Source of the DNA: Paramoeba atlantica
Lineage: Eukaryota > Protista > Discosea
DNA: 64,000 nt
Assembly (NCBI GenBank): GCA_977017575.1
Contig: CDRNVI010000010.1
Span: 62,001 to 126,000 of the forward strand
Direction of reading: 5' to 3'
The notes under the pieces were generated by a model. The model ran no database searches. It saw nothing but the letters and a program-made list of their open reading frames with translations, and was not told the origin of the DNA. The stretch's first letter is position 1; each line of letters begins with the position of its first letter. A program made the translations under genes and the position numbers. Of this stretch, positions 34,137 to 44,306 are shown in pieces.

Positions 34137-34798
34137 GATTTTCTATTCTGCTATTTACCCTATAAATTACCCTACTAACCATAACCATAACCATAATAAA
34201 TTACCCTACTAACCACAACCAGTAAGCTTTTTCCCCTACCAGTGAGCATTTATGACATTGTTTATTGACACTGTATATTGAAAATGGAAGAAGTATGTGA
34301 GGAACTATGGGCGAGATAAATATAGTTTTTTCTTCCCAACGGGAAAGCATGGTCGGGACCTCCACGTGGTCTTTCCTGGCTCTGTCATCCAGTTGATGAC
34401 ACTAACGCCGACCTCATACAGCAGGAGAATTGCATGATGACCATGAATGAGATCATTTAATGCGTAGAGACTTTCTCCCCCACTTCCTCCAACACCTACA
34501 GCTCAGGGAATACATTACACGAACGAGGAACTGCGCCGCGAAGCGGCGCAATTTTTTTTTGGGGGTGGCGGTGGTGATAATGCTTCAGACCCCCCCTTTA
34601 AGCGCACTTTTCACGAAAAGCGAGGTGCGCTTAAAGGAGGGGGGACAGTACTTCTTAAAATCGAGAAATAAGATACAAAGATAGATGTGACCCTACGCAA
34701 GGAAATCCTTATAGAAAGGACTAAAACGCTTAGTAGGAAAGCAAGTATTTTCGAAAACACATGTACAATACATGTATAATAGAAATAAAAGATATATC

Positions 34799-37700
34799 TC
34801 AAGAACATTCATCATTCCCATCAACAACTGAAAGTTTAAGAGCTGATGGCTTTGTCGGTGCATTACTCACGCATAGTAAGCTCTTTTTTGCCAACGTAGG
34901 AGGCATTACTGCACATACATATTGTAGGACTCGTCTAACTTGTCGTGCAAGGCGGTTCAGTGTGTCTGGTGGGATACGAGGATCCATATCCATACAGTAC
35001 TCCAATCCCAACTTAATTTTCTTAATGTTCCTGAATGTGTCAACATCCATCTTCACGACAATCCAGTCGTCCACGACGCATAGATTTAAGTCCTCTCGAT
35101 ATTTAAAATGTAAGGATGAGGCGCCGCATAGAACGAGTGGCCACAAACTTACCTCGGTGACGTCTCGTAGCTCCCCTACGCATCGTGTGCCATCGCGAAG
35201 CACCGCATTCTTTGCGACCTTCTCGCTGTACAACACGAATGTGGAAGTCTCTCCCTTAGTGGTCGCACATAGAGAGCCGTGCTTGAGACGCAGTGTGTCG
35301 CTCACTTTTGTACGGTAATGATTCTTAGCCCCTCCCATCGCAACATTCGGGAAAAGCATGGAACTGAGAAGAGCGTGAAAAGTCGTGCCGCTGACATTTT
35401 GGGAGTACTCGGAACAGTCCACGTAGGGTTCTTCTCCTTGTCCTATCAGGCGCCGTAGTTGTCCGCGCCTTTTCTGAATCGGAAAGGGGGCTTCGTGATT
35501 CTGACTATTGTCCGCACCATTTCTCGAATTCTCGCTGCTCGATTTCTCTACCAGAAGTGATTCGTCCACGTACCCAGAAATAACAAGCTCTTCCATAAGT
35601 TGTCTTTTGATTTGTGACATAATCTTCAGTGATGGCTCGTATAGACTGTTTTCAGAGAGGAATATCCTCCGCTTCTCCTTGTCCGCCCACTTCTCAGCAT
35701 AACCCCTGTAGGCGTTGAGTAGCACAAAGTGATCCGACTTCTCATTCTCTCCTAAAATATCACGAGCAATTCGAATGTCATCAACACCCTGGTCCTGAGA
35801 TGTCTTGAAAGGGTTCGTTTCGGAGGAAGCCACGAGCGTTAGAGCCACATCTAGACCTCGGAGAGCACACCCCATAAGCAACATTTTCGCATTGCTAGGG
35901 GTAGTAGGAAGTCGTGCTATATGTTTGCCAAGTCGCGTTATGTGACCTTCCGAATCAACGGCACCAATACTCATGAGTGAGTTCATGGCCTGTTCAATGG
36001 AATCCTTGTCTGGTGCATCCAGTGCAGTTCCCAATACACGAGCGGGTGCTCCGAGGCCCAGATGAAGGATTGACAAGCAAAGAGCCTGAAGAGGTAATCG
36101 GAGAATTTCAGGTGTTTGAAAATCATCCAGCTGAGAGTACTCTTGGGATGTATACAATCGGTAACAATACCCCTCTTTCGTTCGCCCTGCTCTCCCTTTG
36201 CGTTGTATGCAATTGGCTTTGCTGGCATATACAGTTGTAAGTGTACTAAGTTGCGACGCCCGTTGGCCATCGGTCTGCTTAACAAGTCTTTTCTCCTTCA
36301 CAGCCCCAGTATCAATAACACACACAACATCATCTATTGTGATGCCACTTTCAGCAATATTTGTTGCCAATATTACCTTCACTTTGTTTCGTGGAGCTGG
36401 TAAAAAACATTTCATCTGTTCTTGAGGATTGACAGAGCTATGCACGCAAATGATTTCAAAGTTAACCGCTTTTCCCGAGGCCTCTAACATGTCTTTTGCG
36501 TGTACTATTTCATGCCACCCCGGTAAAAACACGAGAATTGACCCTCCGGACTCAAATAGATGATGTGTTTTAGCACCCCTTTGAATCAGAAAAGATATGA
36601 AATTGTAATCCATGGAGCGCAATTTAAGCTTTCTATCTAAGTCTTTCTTTGGTTCCTGCCTAGTTATGGCGCTAGAAGTTTGCGTTTGAGAAGCTGAACG
36701 TAAGACGCGAAGAGTGGAAATATTTTTGGCTTGAGGCTCATCCATGGTCATTTGTGCTATTTCTTCTAAATGAAAAATTTGCACGGGATGCACCGCGTGA
36801 TCAACATTTATTACTGGAGCACCTTCAAAGTATTTTGAAAAGCGGTCACTTTGGAGTGTGGCGGACATGATGACGATCTTTAAATCTTTTCGAAAACGCG
36901 AAAGTCGACGGAGAACAAGTAGTAAAAAATCAGCATTCAAATCTCGTTCGTGCACCTCATCCAATATTACGTGAGAAATACCGTCAAGTACGGGGTTACG
37001 CTCAAAGATCCGCAAAAGTATTCCACTCGAGTAATACGTGATGTGTTTCCCTGGACGAGATTCGAATCTCACGCAATGCCCAACAGATTGACCGACTTCC
37101 TCCCCCCTTTCCTGGGCCACGCGCTGCGCAATTGATATAGCGCTAATTCGCCTCGGTTGAGTCACAACAATGTTAGTTTCCTCTTCTGTTCCCTGTCGAA
37201 AGGCTTCTTCTAGAATATATTGGGGCAATTGTGTTGATTTACCACTCCCAGTTGTTCCGCACAAAACAGTCACTTGATTGTCTTTTATAGTGTCTACAAT
37301 ATGTCTGTAGTATCGGAACATCGGAAGATGTTTCCGTTTTTTGATGATTTCTTCAGACACCCGTCGTTTCGAAACGATGGCTTTTGGCGCGTTGGAGGCA
37401 GTTGATCCTCTGGGGAGTTCGGGATCCGACATTTCAGGAAGCTGCTGAACCTCGTCTACAAGCTGACTTAAGGAATCAAGAAAAGTAGTATTTGTCATGT
37501 TCAAATGAAATACATGATCAGGGTCAAGCCTTGGAAACTGCTTAAAAAGCCCTACAAGACCGGCGAATTTCGGCAAGCCTTTCATATTAAGGCAGAGGGC
37601 TTCTTTGGCCATATCTTCAGCAACTACACGGTTTCCGTACTCACCAACGCCTTCGTAAACCGTCCCATCTTCTTCCACGGTCAAAGTAGCATGCGTGCTA

Positions 37701-40700
37701 TTGCCCGTGTATTTTGTGCTCATTCTTGGGGGAGCAATATCGTTGCATACAGTGTACATTTCAGCGAGGCGCTGATAACCAAGACTTGTCATAGCTGACC
37801 CCATCCAAGCTGAAAGAGATTCAAATTGACCGGAAAATCTTTGGCGAATACGTCTTGAGTAGTCCCTTTCAGGGTCAAATTCCGGATGTGTGCGTTTGAG
37901 CACCTCAAGGCAGTGCATTGCAGCCCTTCTTTGGGCATTTTCTTTACCTGGCATAATGCGAGAGGATGCAATCCAATCAAATCCTTTCAGCTTAACCGTG
38001 GCTGAAAACACAAACATTCCAGATGTAGTAGTCATTTTCGATGTGTATTCCGGAGCTGGTAATCCTACGCGGAGGCAAAAATTGTAGAGTACAGTCTTTG
38101 CATGTGTATCAAGTGGTTCCTTTTCCGAAGCTACTCGAGCTTCCTCCAAAATCGCATCACCACTGTGATATAGATCTTGTTTCGCAACGCTCAAAGTATC
38201 TTCGTAGCTTCTTCTATCATTTAAATAAGTCGCACACAAAGAACAGTATTTCTCCCAATTTGCATGCCCTCCGTCCAAACAAGATGGAAAAGCCGGCTTT
38301 GCAGGCCGTAGTAAAACGGAGGCGGCGAGGCCCGGCGGCGGCAAAGAATCCGGATTCGGCTGGTCCCCAAATTTAGGTGCAGTTCGTCCCTCTTCCATCA
38401 CATACGCGACATGTTCCCCTTGCGAACTAGGATTGTCGTAGATGCACACGTTAAATGCATCTAATACTCGAGAGAAATGAAGAAAACAAAGTTGTTCAGC
38501 TTCGCATTCCATTCTAGAGACACCTATGGCAAGTTGGGTAGGAATGGTGTCCGGCAAGTAGACTTTGCAACGAGAGTAGAAGTTTCCATTTTTTTGAACG
38601 GTTTTAAGAGAAAGATTCCTTCCAATTCGACATAGGTATGCTTCGACTGGCGCTCGATACGATCTTGCTCGAGTGTGTAAATGTGAAGTCGGTACGTTTT
38701 CCAAAGAAAGATCATTGGTGTTGAAGCTGCTGTCGGAACCAGTAGTTACAGGAATGCAAGCCGCTTCTAAATTACCTTGAGATACGGCAAGAGATAGTTC
38801 TTGTAAACTCTTATCATCGGTATCTTTGCGCAAGGGTGGAATTTGAGAAGGATTGGGGACGGGTTTATATATGCCGTCCCGAGGGGGGTATGGTGCATTT
38901 CGACCTCCTCGTCGTGCGGCCTCTGCATGCTCATACTGCAACCTAGGATCCTTGTAAATCGGATAGCCAACTGCATCCAGGTGAAGCTCGAGAGACATTG
39001 AGACAAGATGAACAATCTCTTTCTTACTACTCGCTTCCGCTGACGCAATTATGGGGGGGAAAGGATCGGGCAATTGAAGCTCAAATCTACCTTTGCGTAG
39101 AAGCCTTCCACCATCCACATATTCATCGATTTGAATGGGCAAATCCATGGATAAATTACGACTCATCGTTTTATAAAATTCCCTCATTCGAGTTGCACAA
39201 TAAATATCGACCTTCCTTGGACTGCTTATTGCGCATGATATAACGTTCGTTGTTTGTACGTCATGCTCGCGAACGAGTATAAAACCACAAGAAGTATCCG
39301 GTTCAAAAATTTTTCGCTCATCAATCCTCTCTTTTGAAGTCAAGTCAATCGGTACATGTGCCTGTTTACTTGTTACAATGATATCCAGATATATCAAAGG
39401 AGGAGGCGAATCGATTCTGGGATTGAATCGTCGCAGATTTGCACCACAAGCATCAAGTATCCTGTATGCATGAACGAATGCAACGTGAATTGATGCGTTC
39501 TTAGTTTTGGCAATACCTTGAGCCTCTCGACTTTCACCGGAAAAATGGAGGACGAGCGTAGTCCTAAACATAAATTCTTTTTTCAAAGTTATTGTTTCTG
39601 TTCGACGACGATACGAAATATTTAGCTTGTCCAGTATTGTGTGAACATCGTGGCTACGATCTGGGCCGAGCTCTTTAAGGGAATCGTAGCACGACATATC
39701 CATTCCTTCGGTCATGGCACCAGGCTTAATTCGACATGGAGGTGGGACTTTCGCCCAAGGTCGTATCTCGTCGTAACTGTACGGTGCCCATCTCCCTGTC
39801 TTTCGAGTTTCCCTTGCACGTTCATCTTGCAATGAGGTAGCTAGTGTAGATTTCTCTTGATAACCTGATCCTATCTCATGGTACCGTTCGTGAACTACGA
39901 ATATAGGAACACCTAAAGCATCGAGCATCAGCTCAGCATGCTGAAAAGCAGCAGACACAGCATCCTTTTTCTTGGCTCCAATGCCCAAAGCGAACCGATC
40001 ACCAAAAATACTTTTCGGCAAAAAAAGGGGAATTCTCGCCTCGAAAACGTTATGTCCCTCCTCGTCTCTCAGCACTGGTTGTTTCGTTTCTACGAAATCA
40101 TTTGAACCGCAGCCTAATCGCTGATTTACGTAATTATGTATTCTATCTCTGCACTGTACATGTAGGATGCTTGCGTCCGAAATGAAAAGTCCCTGCTCAG
40201 CAAAAGCGGAACATCGACTCAGTTCAGAAACAGCTCCTTGATACTGATTTATTTGCTTTAAAGATTCCTTCCCCTGGACGCCGCTTTGATTAGAAATATC
40301 AGTTGAATCACGATCTCCAGAACTAGCTTTATCGATTAACTTTGGCACGCGTCCTAAAGGTCCACCAGTTACGTCCTTTGACATATTGGCAAGGTAGGAG
40401 TCCAAAAATTCTTTGTGCGCTTTAAAATCACAGAAGTAAAGTTGACGAATACATTCGATCATTGCGTGTCGCCCTGAGTCAATTTTTCTCCCTGAGGTCG
40501 AATTTGTAATCCACCGCGTTTCTTTCCTCCGTTTCCCCTTCTCTGTTTCGATCATACTAGAGTACCCAACAAAACTAATCCATTGTGTTGTACCGCCCAG
40601 TATTTCTGGTTGCTGAATAAATTCCATTTCTCTCTCGTCTGCTTTCAAGACACCGCTAAGCAGATCCTCAGGACGCTGATAAAAAGTAATACTTTCTGAA

Positions 40701-41476
40701 ACAGGCATTGGTAAGACTTTATTAGGATCTTTGAAGCGAGGACAAATTGCCGGCGATGAACTTTTAGATACTAAGCTAGTCATATTCTTATTGGTATTAC
40801 TAACGGGCTTTTTTAGAGTAGTGTCCGACTGGATACGCATTACAGCAGGAGAAAGATTCTGCCCAGTATTTGCATGATGCCCACTTAAACTTCCTTTTTG
40901 ACGTTGAAGAGAATATTCTTCTTGTCTTTTTGAGTCAGAGTAAATAGGTACGTCCAGTTCTCCTAGAAGGTCTTCAGCGTGCATACAAGCGCATACTTCG
41001 GCATCTTTTGAACTTATTGCGTAGCCAACCGCTTGTATTGTTCTATTCGATTCATCTCCTAGGGGTAAAGAAAAATAGGCTACATATTTAGGACTTTCGC
41101 CCACCTGTTCCTCGGAAGTAAGAACTTCTTCCACAACCGGAGGAGCTACGGAAAAATCTTTCGACTTCATGTAGTTTGCTATTCTTAAGCGAGAAAAATA
41201 ATCCAATGAGGAGACCTTTCGCGCAGTTTTCCAGAGAACTTTCGTGTTGGGCTTTTTTAATGTTTGTACACCAGTCCACGAAAATTTCGCCGATTGAGGG
41301 CAATATTCAGAATTCAGGTCATTCTTTTCTGGAGCAGAGCGCGCTGCCGTACATGCCTGTGGGTTAGAATTACAAACCGCGCTTACCCCGGGAATCTTTT
41401 TAGAAAGTCCAAGGGGTTGTATTTTTTTTGGAAGAAGAGTGTGATTGCTGCTTCGTAGAAAATTGAGACTTACCAT
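34799..41476 (-). CDS. KREH2: Large DExH-box RNA helicase with multiple dsRBD-like repeats, RNA editing helicase 2-like
   Basis: GTTGSGKST, TQPRRISA, DEVH, SAT, LATNIAESGIT, QRKGRAGR, HA2 region. The long N-terminus has repeated dsRBD-like units. Size and architecture match kinetoplastid REH2. Start uncertain (41476 or 41590). Confidence 0.75.
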   Translation of the reverse strand: MVSLNFLRSSNHTLLPKKIQPLGLSKKIPGVSAVCNSNPQACTAARSAPEKNDLNSEYCPQSAKFSWTGVQTLKKPNTKVLWKTARKVSSLDYFSRLRIANYMKSKDFSVAPPVVEEVLTSEEQVGESPKYVAYFSLPLGDESNRTIQAVGYAISSKDAEVCACMHAEDLLGELDVPIYSDSKRQEEYSLQRQKGSLSGHHANTGQNLSPAVMRIQSDTTLKKPVSNTNKNMTSLVSKSSSPAICPRFKDPNKVLPMPVSESITFYQRPEDLLSGVLKADEREMEFIQQPEILGGTTQWISFVGYSSMIETEKGKRRKETRWITNSTSGRKIDSGRHAMIECIRQLYFCDFKAHKEFLDSYLANMSKDVTGGPLGRVPKLIDKASSGDRDSTDISNQSGVQGKESLKQINQYQGAVSELSRCSAFAEQGLFISDASILHVQCRDRIHNYVNQRLGCGSNDFVETKQPVLRDEEGHNVFEARIPLFLPKSIFGDRFALGIGAKKKDAVSAAFQHAELMLDALGVPIFVVHERYHEIGSGYQEKSTLATSLQDERARETRKTGRWAPYSYDEIRPWAKVPPPCRIKPGAMTEGMDMSCYDSLKELGPDRSHDVHTILDKLNISYRRRTETITLKKEFMFRTTLVLHFSGESREAQGIAKTKNASIHVAFVHAYRILDACGANLRRFNPRIDSPPPLIYLDIIVTSKQAHVPIDLTSKERIDERKIFEPDTSCGFILVREHDVQTTNVISCAISSPRKVDIYCATRMREFYKTMSRNLSMDLPIQIDEYVDGGRLLRKGRFELQLPDPFPPIIASAEASSKKEIVHLVSMSLELHLDAVGYPIYKDPRLQYEHAEAARRGGRNAPYPPRDGIYKPVPNPSQIPPLRKDTDDKSLQELSLAVSQGNLEAACIPVTTGSDSSFNTNDLSLENVPTSHLHTRARSYRAPVEAYLCRIGRNLSLKTVQKNGNFYSRCKVYLPDTIPTQLAIGVSRMECEAEQLCFLHFSRVLDAFNVCIYDNPSSQGEHVAYVMEEGRTAPKFGDQPNPDSLPPPGLAASVLLRPAKPAFPSCLDGGHANWEKYCSLCATYLNDRRSYEDTLSVAKQDLYHSGDAILEEARVASEKEPLDTHAKTVLYNFCLRVGLPAPEYTSKMTTTSGMFVFSATVKLKGFDWIASSRIMPGKENAQRRAAMHCLEVLKRTHPEFDPERDYSRRIRQRFSGQFESLSAWMGSAMTSLGYQRLAEMYTVCNDIAPPRMSTKYTGNSTHATLTVEEDGTVYEGVGEYGNRVVAEDMAKEALCLNMKGLPKFAGLVGLFKQFPRLDPDHVFHLNMTNTTFLDSLSQLVDEVQQLPEMSDPELPRGSTASNAPKAIVSKRRVSEEIIKKRKHLPMFRYYRHIVDTIKDNQVTVLCGTTGSGKSTQLPQYILEEAFRQGTEEETNIVVTQPRRISAISIAQRVAQERGEEVGQSVGHCVRFESRPGKHITYYSSGILLRIFERNPVLDGISHVILDEVHERDLNADFLLLVLRRLSRFRKDLKIVIMSATLQSDRFSKYFEGAPVINVDHAVHPVQIFHLEEIAQMTMDEPQAKNISTLRVLRSASQTQTSSAITRQEPKKDLDRKLKLRSMDYNFISFLIQRGAKTHHLFESGGSILVFLPGWHEIVHAKDMLEASGKAVNFEIICVHSSVNPQEQMKCFLPAPRNKVKVILATNIAESGITIDDVVCVIDTGAVKEKRLVKQTDGQRASQLSTLTTVYASKANCIQRKGRAGRTKEGYCYRLYTSQEYSQLDDFQTPEILRLPLQALCLSILHLGLGAPARVLGTALDAPDKDSIEQAMNSLMSIGAVDSEGHITRLGKHIARLPTTPSNAKMLLMGCALRGLDVALTLVASSETNPFKTSQDQGVDDIRIARDILGENEKSDHFVLLNAYRGYAEKWADKEKRRIFLSENSLYEPSLKIMSQIKRQLMEELVISGYVDESLLVEKSSSENSRNGADNSQNHEAPFPIQKRRGQLRRLIGQGEEPYVDCSEYSQNVSGTTFHALLSSMLFPNVAMGGAKNHYRTKVSDTLRLKHGSLCATTKGETSTFVLYSEKVAKNAVLRDGTRCVGELRDVTEVSLWPLVLCGASSLHFKYREDLNLCVVDDWIVVKMDVDTFRNIKKIKLGLEYCMDMDPRIPPDTLNRLARQVRRVLQYVCAVMPPTLAKKSLLCVSNAPTKPSALKLSVVDGNDECS

Positions 41477-41719
41477 AAAAAGCAAATTGAGAATCAAAGC
41501 AAAAACATTATCAGAAATAGCTTCAGTAGATTTCTTATTGTGCCAAAGCACACACAGTAGCACGCGATACTTAACAAAAAAAGTTCCCAAAAAAGAATTC
41601 GGTAGCTTTTTCCGACTTCATATACAGTAAAAGTCACAATTCTCAGAATCACTAAAAATAAGAATTGGGATGTCAACGTGCAACTAGGAAAAATGAGAAT
41701 ACAATTTCAACCTGTACAC

Positions 41720-41878
41720 CAATCTACAGTGTAAAAATACAGTTTCTGTACCTTGTTGGTACATTTTGCTAGCCCTTCCTTTCTTTTCCCGGAAACGGAC
41801 ATATTCTTACTTTTAAATGCCCGTTTCCGGCTGACGGCTAGCTGGAACTGTCCCTCTTTGTCGCGGAAGTAGGGGACG
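41720..41878 (+). ncRNA. Spliced-leader (SL) RNA gene candidate
   Basis: Euglenozoan SL core TACAGTTTCTGTAC followed by CTTGTTG|GTA (5' splice site at 41758/41759). GTACC/GGTAC stem across the donor. Long stem GCTAGCC..CCGGAAACGG/CCGTTTCCGG..GGCTAGC. AGCTGGAA Sm-like site. 3' stem GTCCC..GGGAC. Confidence 0.75.
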
Positions 41879-42243
41879 CACTTCGCACTCTTCACCCCTC
41901 CCCGGCTCACTCCTCGAGTGAGCTTTCTTCCCTCCCCGGCTCTCTCCTTCTCGTGCTTTCTTCTCCCGGGAGCTATGCGCCATGGTGGCCTCCCTTGAGG
42001 ACCACTGGGCGTGCTACAGCGGGAGGACACGTTGTATGCGTGTATAGGGGATGCGAACTTGCACCCCTCTCTCCCTACATGCTGTAGCGAGTGCGGCGGT
42101 AACGGACCTCCCCATGATGCATCATGATCCACGATAGACCATCTGACAGCATGAACCCACGGTTGACCGTGTTGCAGCATGAACCATGGCTATACGTGCT
42201 GTAGCATGACCGATGGGCGTCTCGTCTCCTACCTCGCACTCCA

Positions 42244-42307
42244 CTCTCTGTGTGACACCCGTCGTATGCGGGTCATGCGCCGATGGTATCGGCCGTCACA
42301 CAGAGAG
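42244..42307. other. Predicted three-way-junction (Y-shaped) structure
   Basis: Perfect 13-bp outer stem CTCTCTGTGTGAC/GTCACACAGAGAG enclosing hairpins ACCCG/CGGGT and GCCGAT/ATCGGC. Confidence 0.5.
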
Positions 42308-42593
42308 ACGTATCTCTGCGCCACGAGCGTATGATCATGACCTGCCGGAGAAAAAGGATGGCTCATAAAGACGAAAAGAGTCAGAACAAAAAATAAAAGG
42401 CATATTCGTGCTTTTTGGAAAGAGATCTTGCTTGGAAACTATAGAGAACATTAACACATGTTTTTTTAAAAATAACTCGTACATAATAAATCGTCACTTT
42501 TTCCAAAAAATTGAAAGTTCTATGTGATTTCGCTACATGAAACTATTTACTAGGCCGGTATACATGTATGTATGTGGATTCTATCCGAAAGTA

Positions 42594-43031
42594 GGTGAAA
42601 CTGAACCAAATTCCGCACTTTTTCTCATTTTCACAAAACTTTTTTTCTCTCTCAAAGATGTGTCTTCGTTTGCTATCCATTTCACAGAATTGTTGTTGCT
42701 TCATAAAATAATGAAGCAAATGCTGTGCTAATTTGACATTTACAGAACTATTTATTTGAACATATTTGAAAGATCTTGTCGTCTATATCATGCCGTGCTC
42801 GGGATGCGTTGGGTTTGCTTGTAGGCGCACCCTAACGATTAGAAGAATTTCGTCGTGGAGTGAATTGCAGTGCTCCGAATGGATTAAAGGTCATTATTGC
42901 AAAATATGAAGGAGTATTGTATTTGCGTCCATTTGTAAGAAGTTGTAAGCAGGTTGAAAGGCTCAAAGTTGATGAAGTATGAAGAATTTTTAGAAAAACA
43001 GAAAAAGTGCGGACTTTGGTTCAGTTTAACC
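42594..43031. mobile_element. Non-autonomous TIR element with GG termini and 9-bp TSD (Merlin- or MULE-like)
   Basis: 32-bp TIR GGT(G/T)AAACTGAACCAAA(T/G)TCCGCACTTTTTCT. CCGAAAGTA is duplicated at 42585-93 and 43032-40. Confidence 0.85.
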
Positions 43032-43465
43032 CCGAAAGTAACGTTCAGAAACGATAATAGATATGCCCATCTTATATAAATTCGTGCTCTGTGTAGTGCG
43101 AAAATACCAAGTATATACCAATATACATACCTGTACACGAATAGTACAGGTGTGGCAGCTTCCCGCAGGAAAAAACCGTATCTGAACCTTTGTATGCTTT
43201 TATACCTGTACGCTTTTATACAATACCCGTCCTACGCTTATACACACACTTACACAAAAATTCGTGCCGCTTCACAAAGCGAATTTTTATGATTTTTTTG
43301 AAAAGTATTAACCTATTCGAACATAAAAAATATGAAAGGAGGAGTAGTGCTCAGATGTTTATATTTTCATTTAAAGAATTCTCAATAGTAGCGAATAAAA
43401 TTAAATTCATCATTCAAGAAGGAAAATTTCAAAAGCAAACCTTTTTTAAATTCTGAAGGTATTTA

Positions 43466-44101
43466 CCGGTGAAACGGTTATTAAGGATAAAAGTAATTAA
43501 GGCAGATCGAATTTACGGTCTTCAACCATTTCAACGTGTGAGAGAAAAGCTAAAACGATCATGTAAAGTCTTTACATGATCGTTTTAGCTTTTCTTCTTT
43601 GACTTCTTTAAAAGAAGTCAGAGACGGAATCATGAAATTATTTTTTCCCAATTTTCCCCCAGAATGACATAAAATAATTTTTTATTTTGTAGTGCTAACT
43701 TTTTTATTTTGTAGTGATTCAGGCCCCCCGTTTAAGCGCACAATTCACGGAAAACGAGGTACGCTTAAACGGGGGGGCAGTACAAGAAAAACAAAGAAGG
43801 GTGTATCAAAAAAACGAAACTTTTTCCACTTTCATTTCAAATGGGTAGATGTAAATTAGACGAAATCGTATATTACAAAAAAGAAATCGGCGCCCTTCGC
43901 GGCGCCAATCTCTACGAAGCTTTGAAATTAAACACTAAATAGGGAGGGCAAGGTGCTAAATAGTAAACAGGGGGGGACGGTATTGCCTTAATCAAAGTTG
44001 CCTTAATTAAAATTGTCTTAATTTTATTTACCCTTAATTGAATTTTTACCGGTAGTTACGGAACGGGTTTAATAGTTATGGGACGGGAATTTAAGGGACG
44101 G
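43466..44101. mobile_element. Cluster of TA-flanked TIR remnants
   Basis: TA|CCGGT..ATTAAGG inverted pair (43466 and 44052). Orphan right ends ...GCTTAAACGGGGGGGCAG|TA (43780, same family as the 31664 element), ...GGGGGGACGG|TA (43980) and ...AAGGGACGG|TA (44101). Confidence 0.55.
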
Positions 44102-44306
44102 TATGGAGGTAGGGTAGGACAAATGAAGTTGTTTTGTCTCAAAGTACCGATTTGGTGTACTACTCTAGCACTCGGGGGGTATTGACACTCAGGCAGCAGT
44201 AAAGCGGAATTCCTATCCTCCAAAGGATTGTTATCATGCCTATCAGGCAGAGAATAGTGGTAAGTGAGTAGATTAACGCAAAAGACGTTATTTTCTACCT
44301 TGCTGT

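Larger units (their letters stand above)
31664..34648 (+). mobile_element. pogo-like transposon carrying a Ulp1-type protease
   Basis: TIR CTGTCCCCCC(C/T)C(G/C)TTTAAGCGCACC at both ends, TA TSD (31662-63 and 34649-50), subterminal CCCCCC(G/C)TTTAAGCGCAC repeats. Confidence 0.9.

Noticed and set aside
41720-41760. SL sequence as a retroposed trans-spliced mRNA
   Set aside because: The exon is followed by a GT donor and SL-like intron stems, not by a UTR and ORF.
41880-42360. tRNA, 5S rRNA or U snRNA gene in the GC-rich spacer
   Set aside because: No A/B boxes, 5S signature, or U1/U2/U5/U6 invariant motif in the right context was found by eye.
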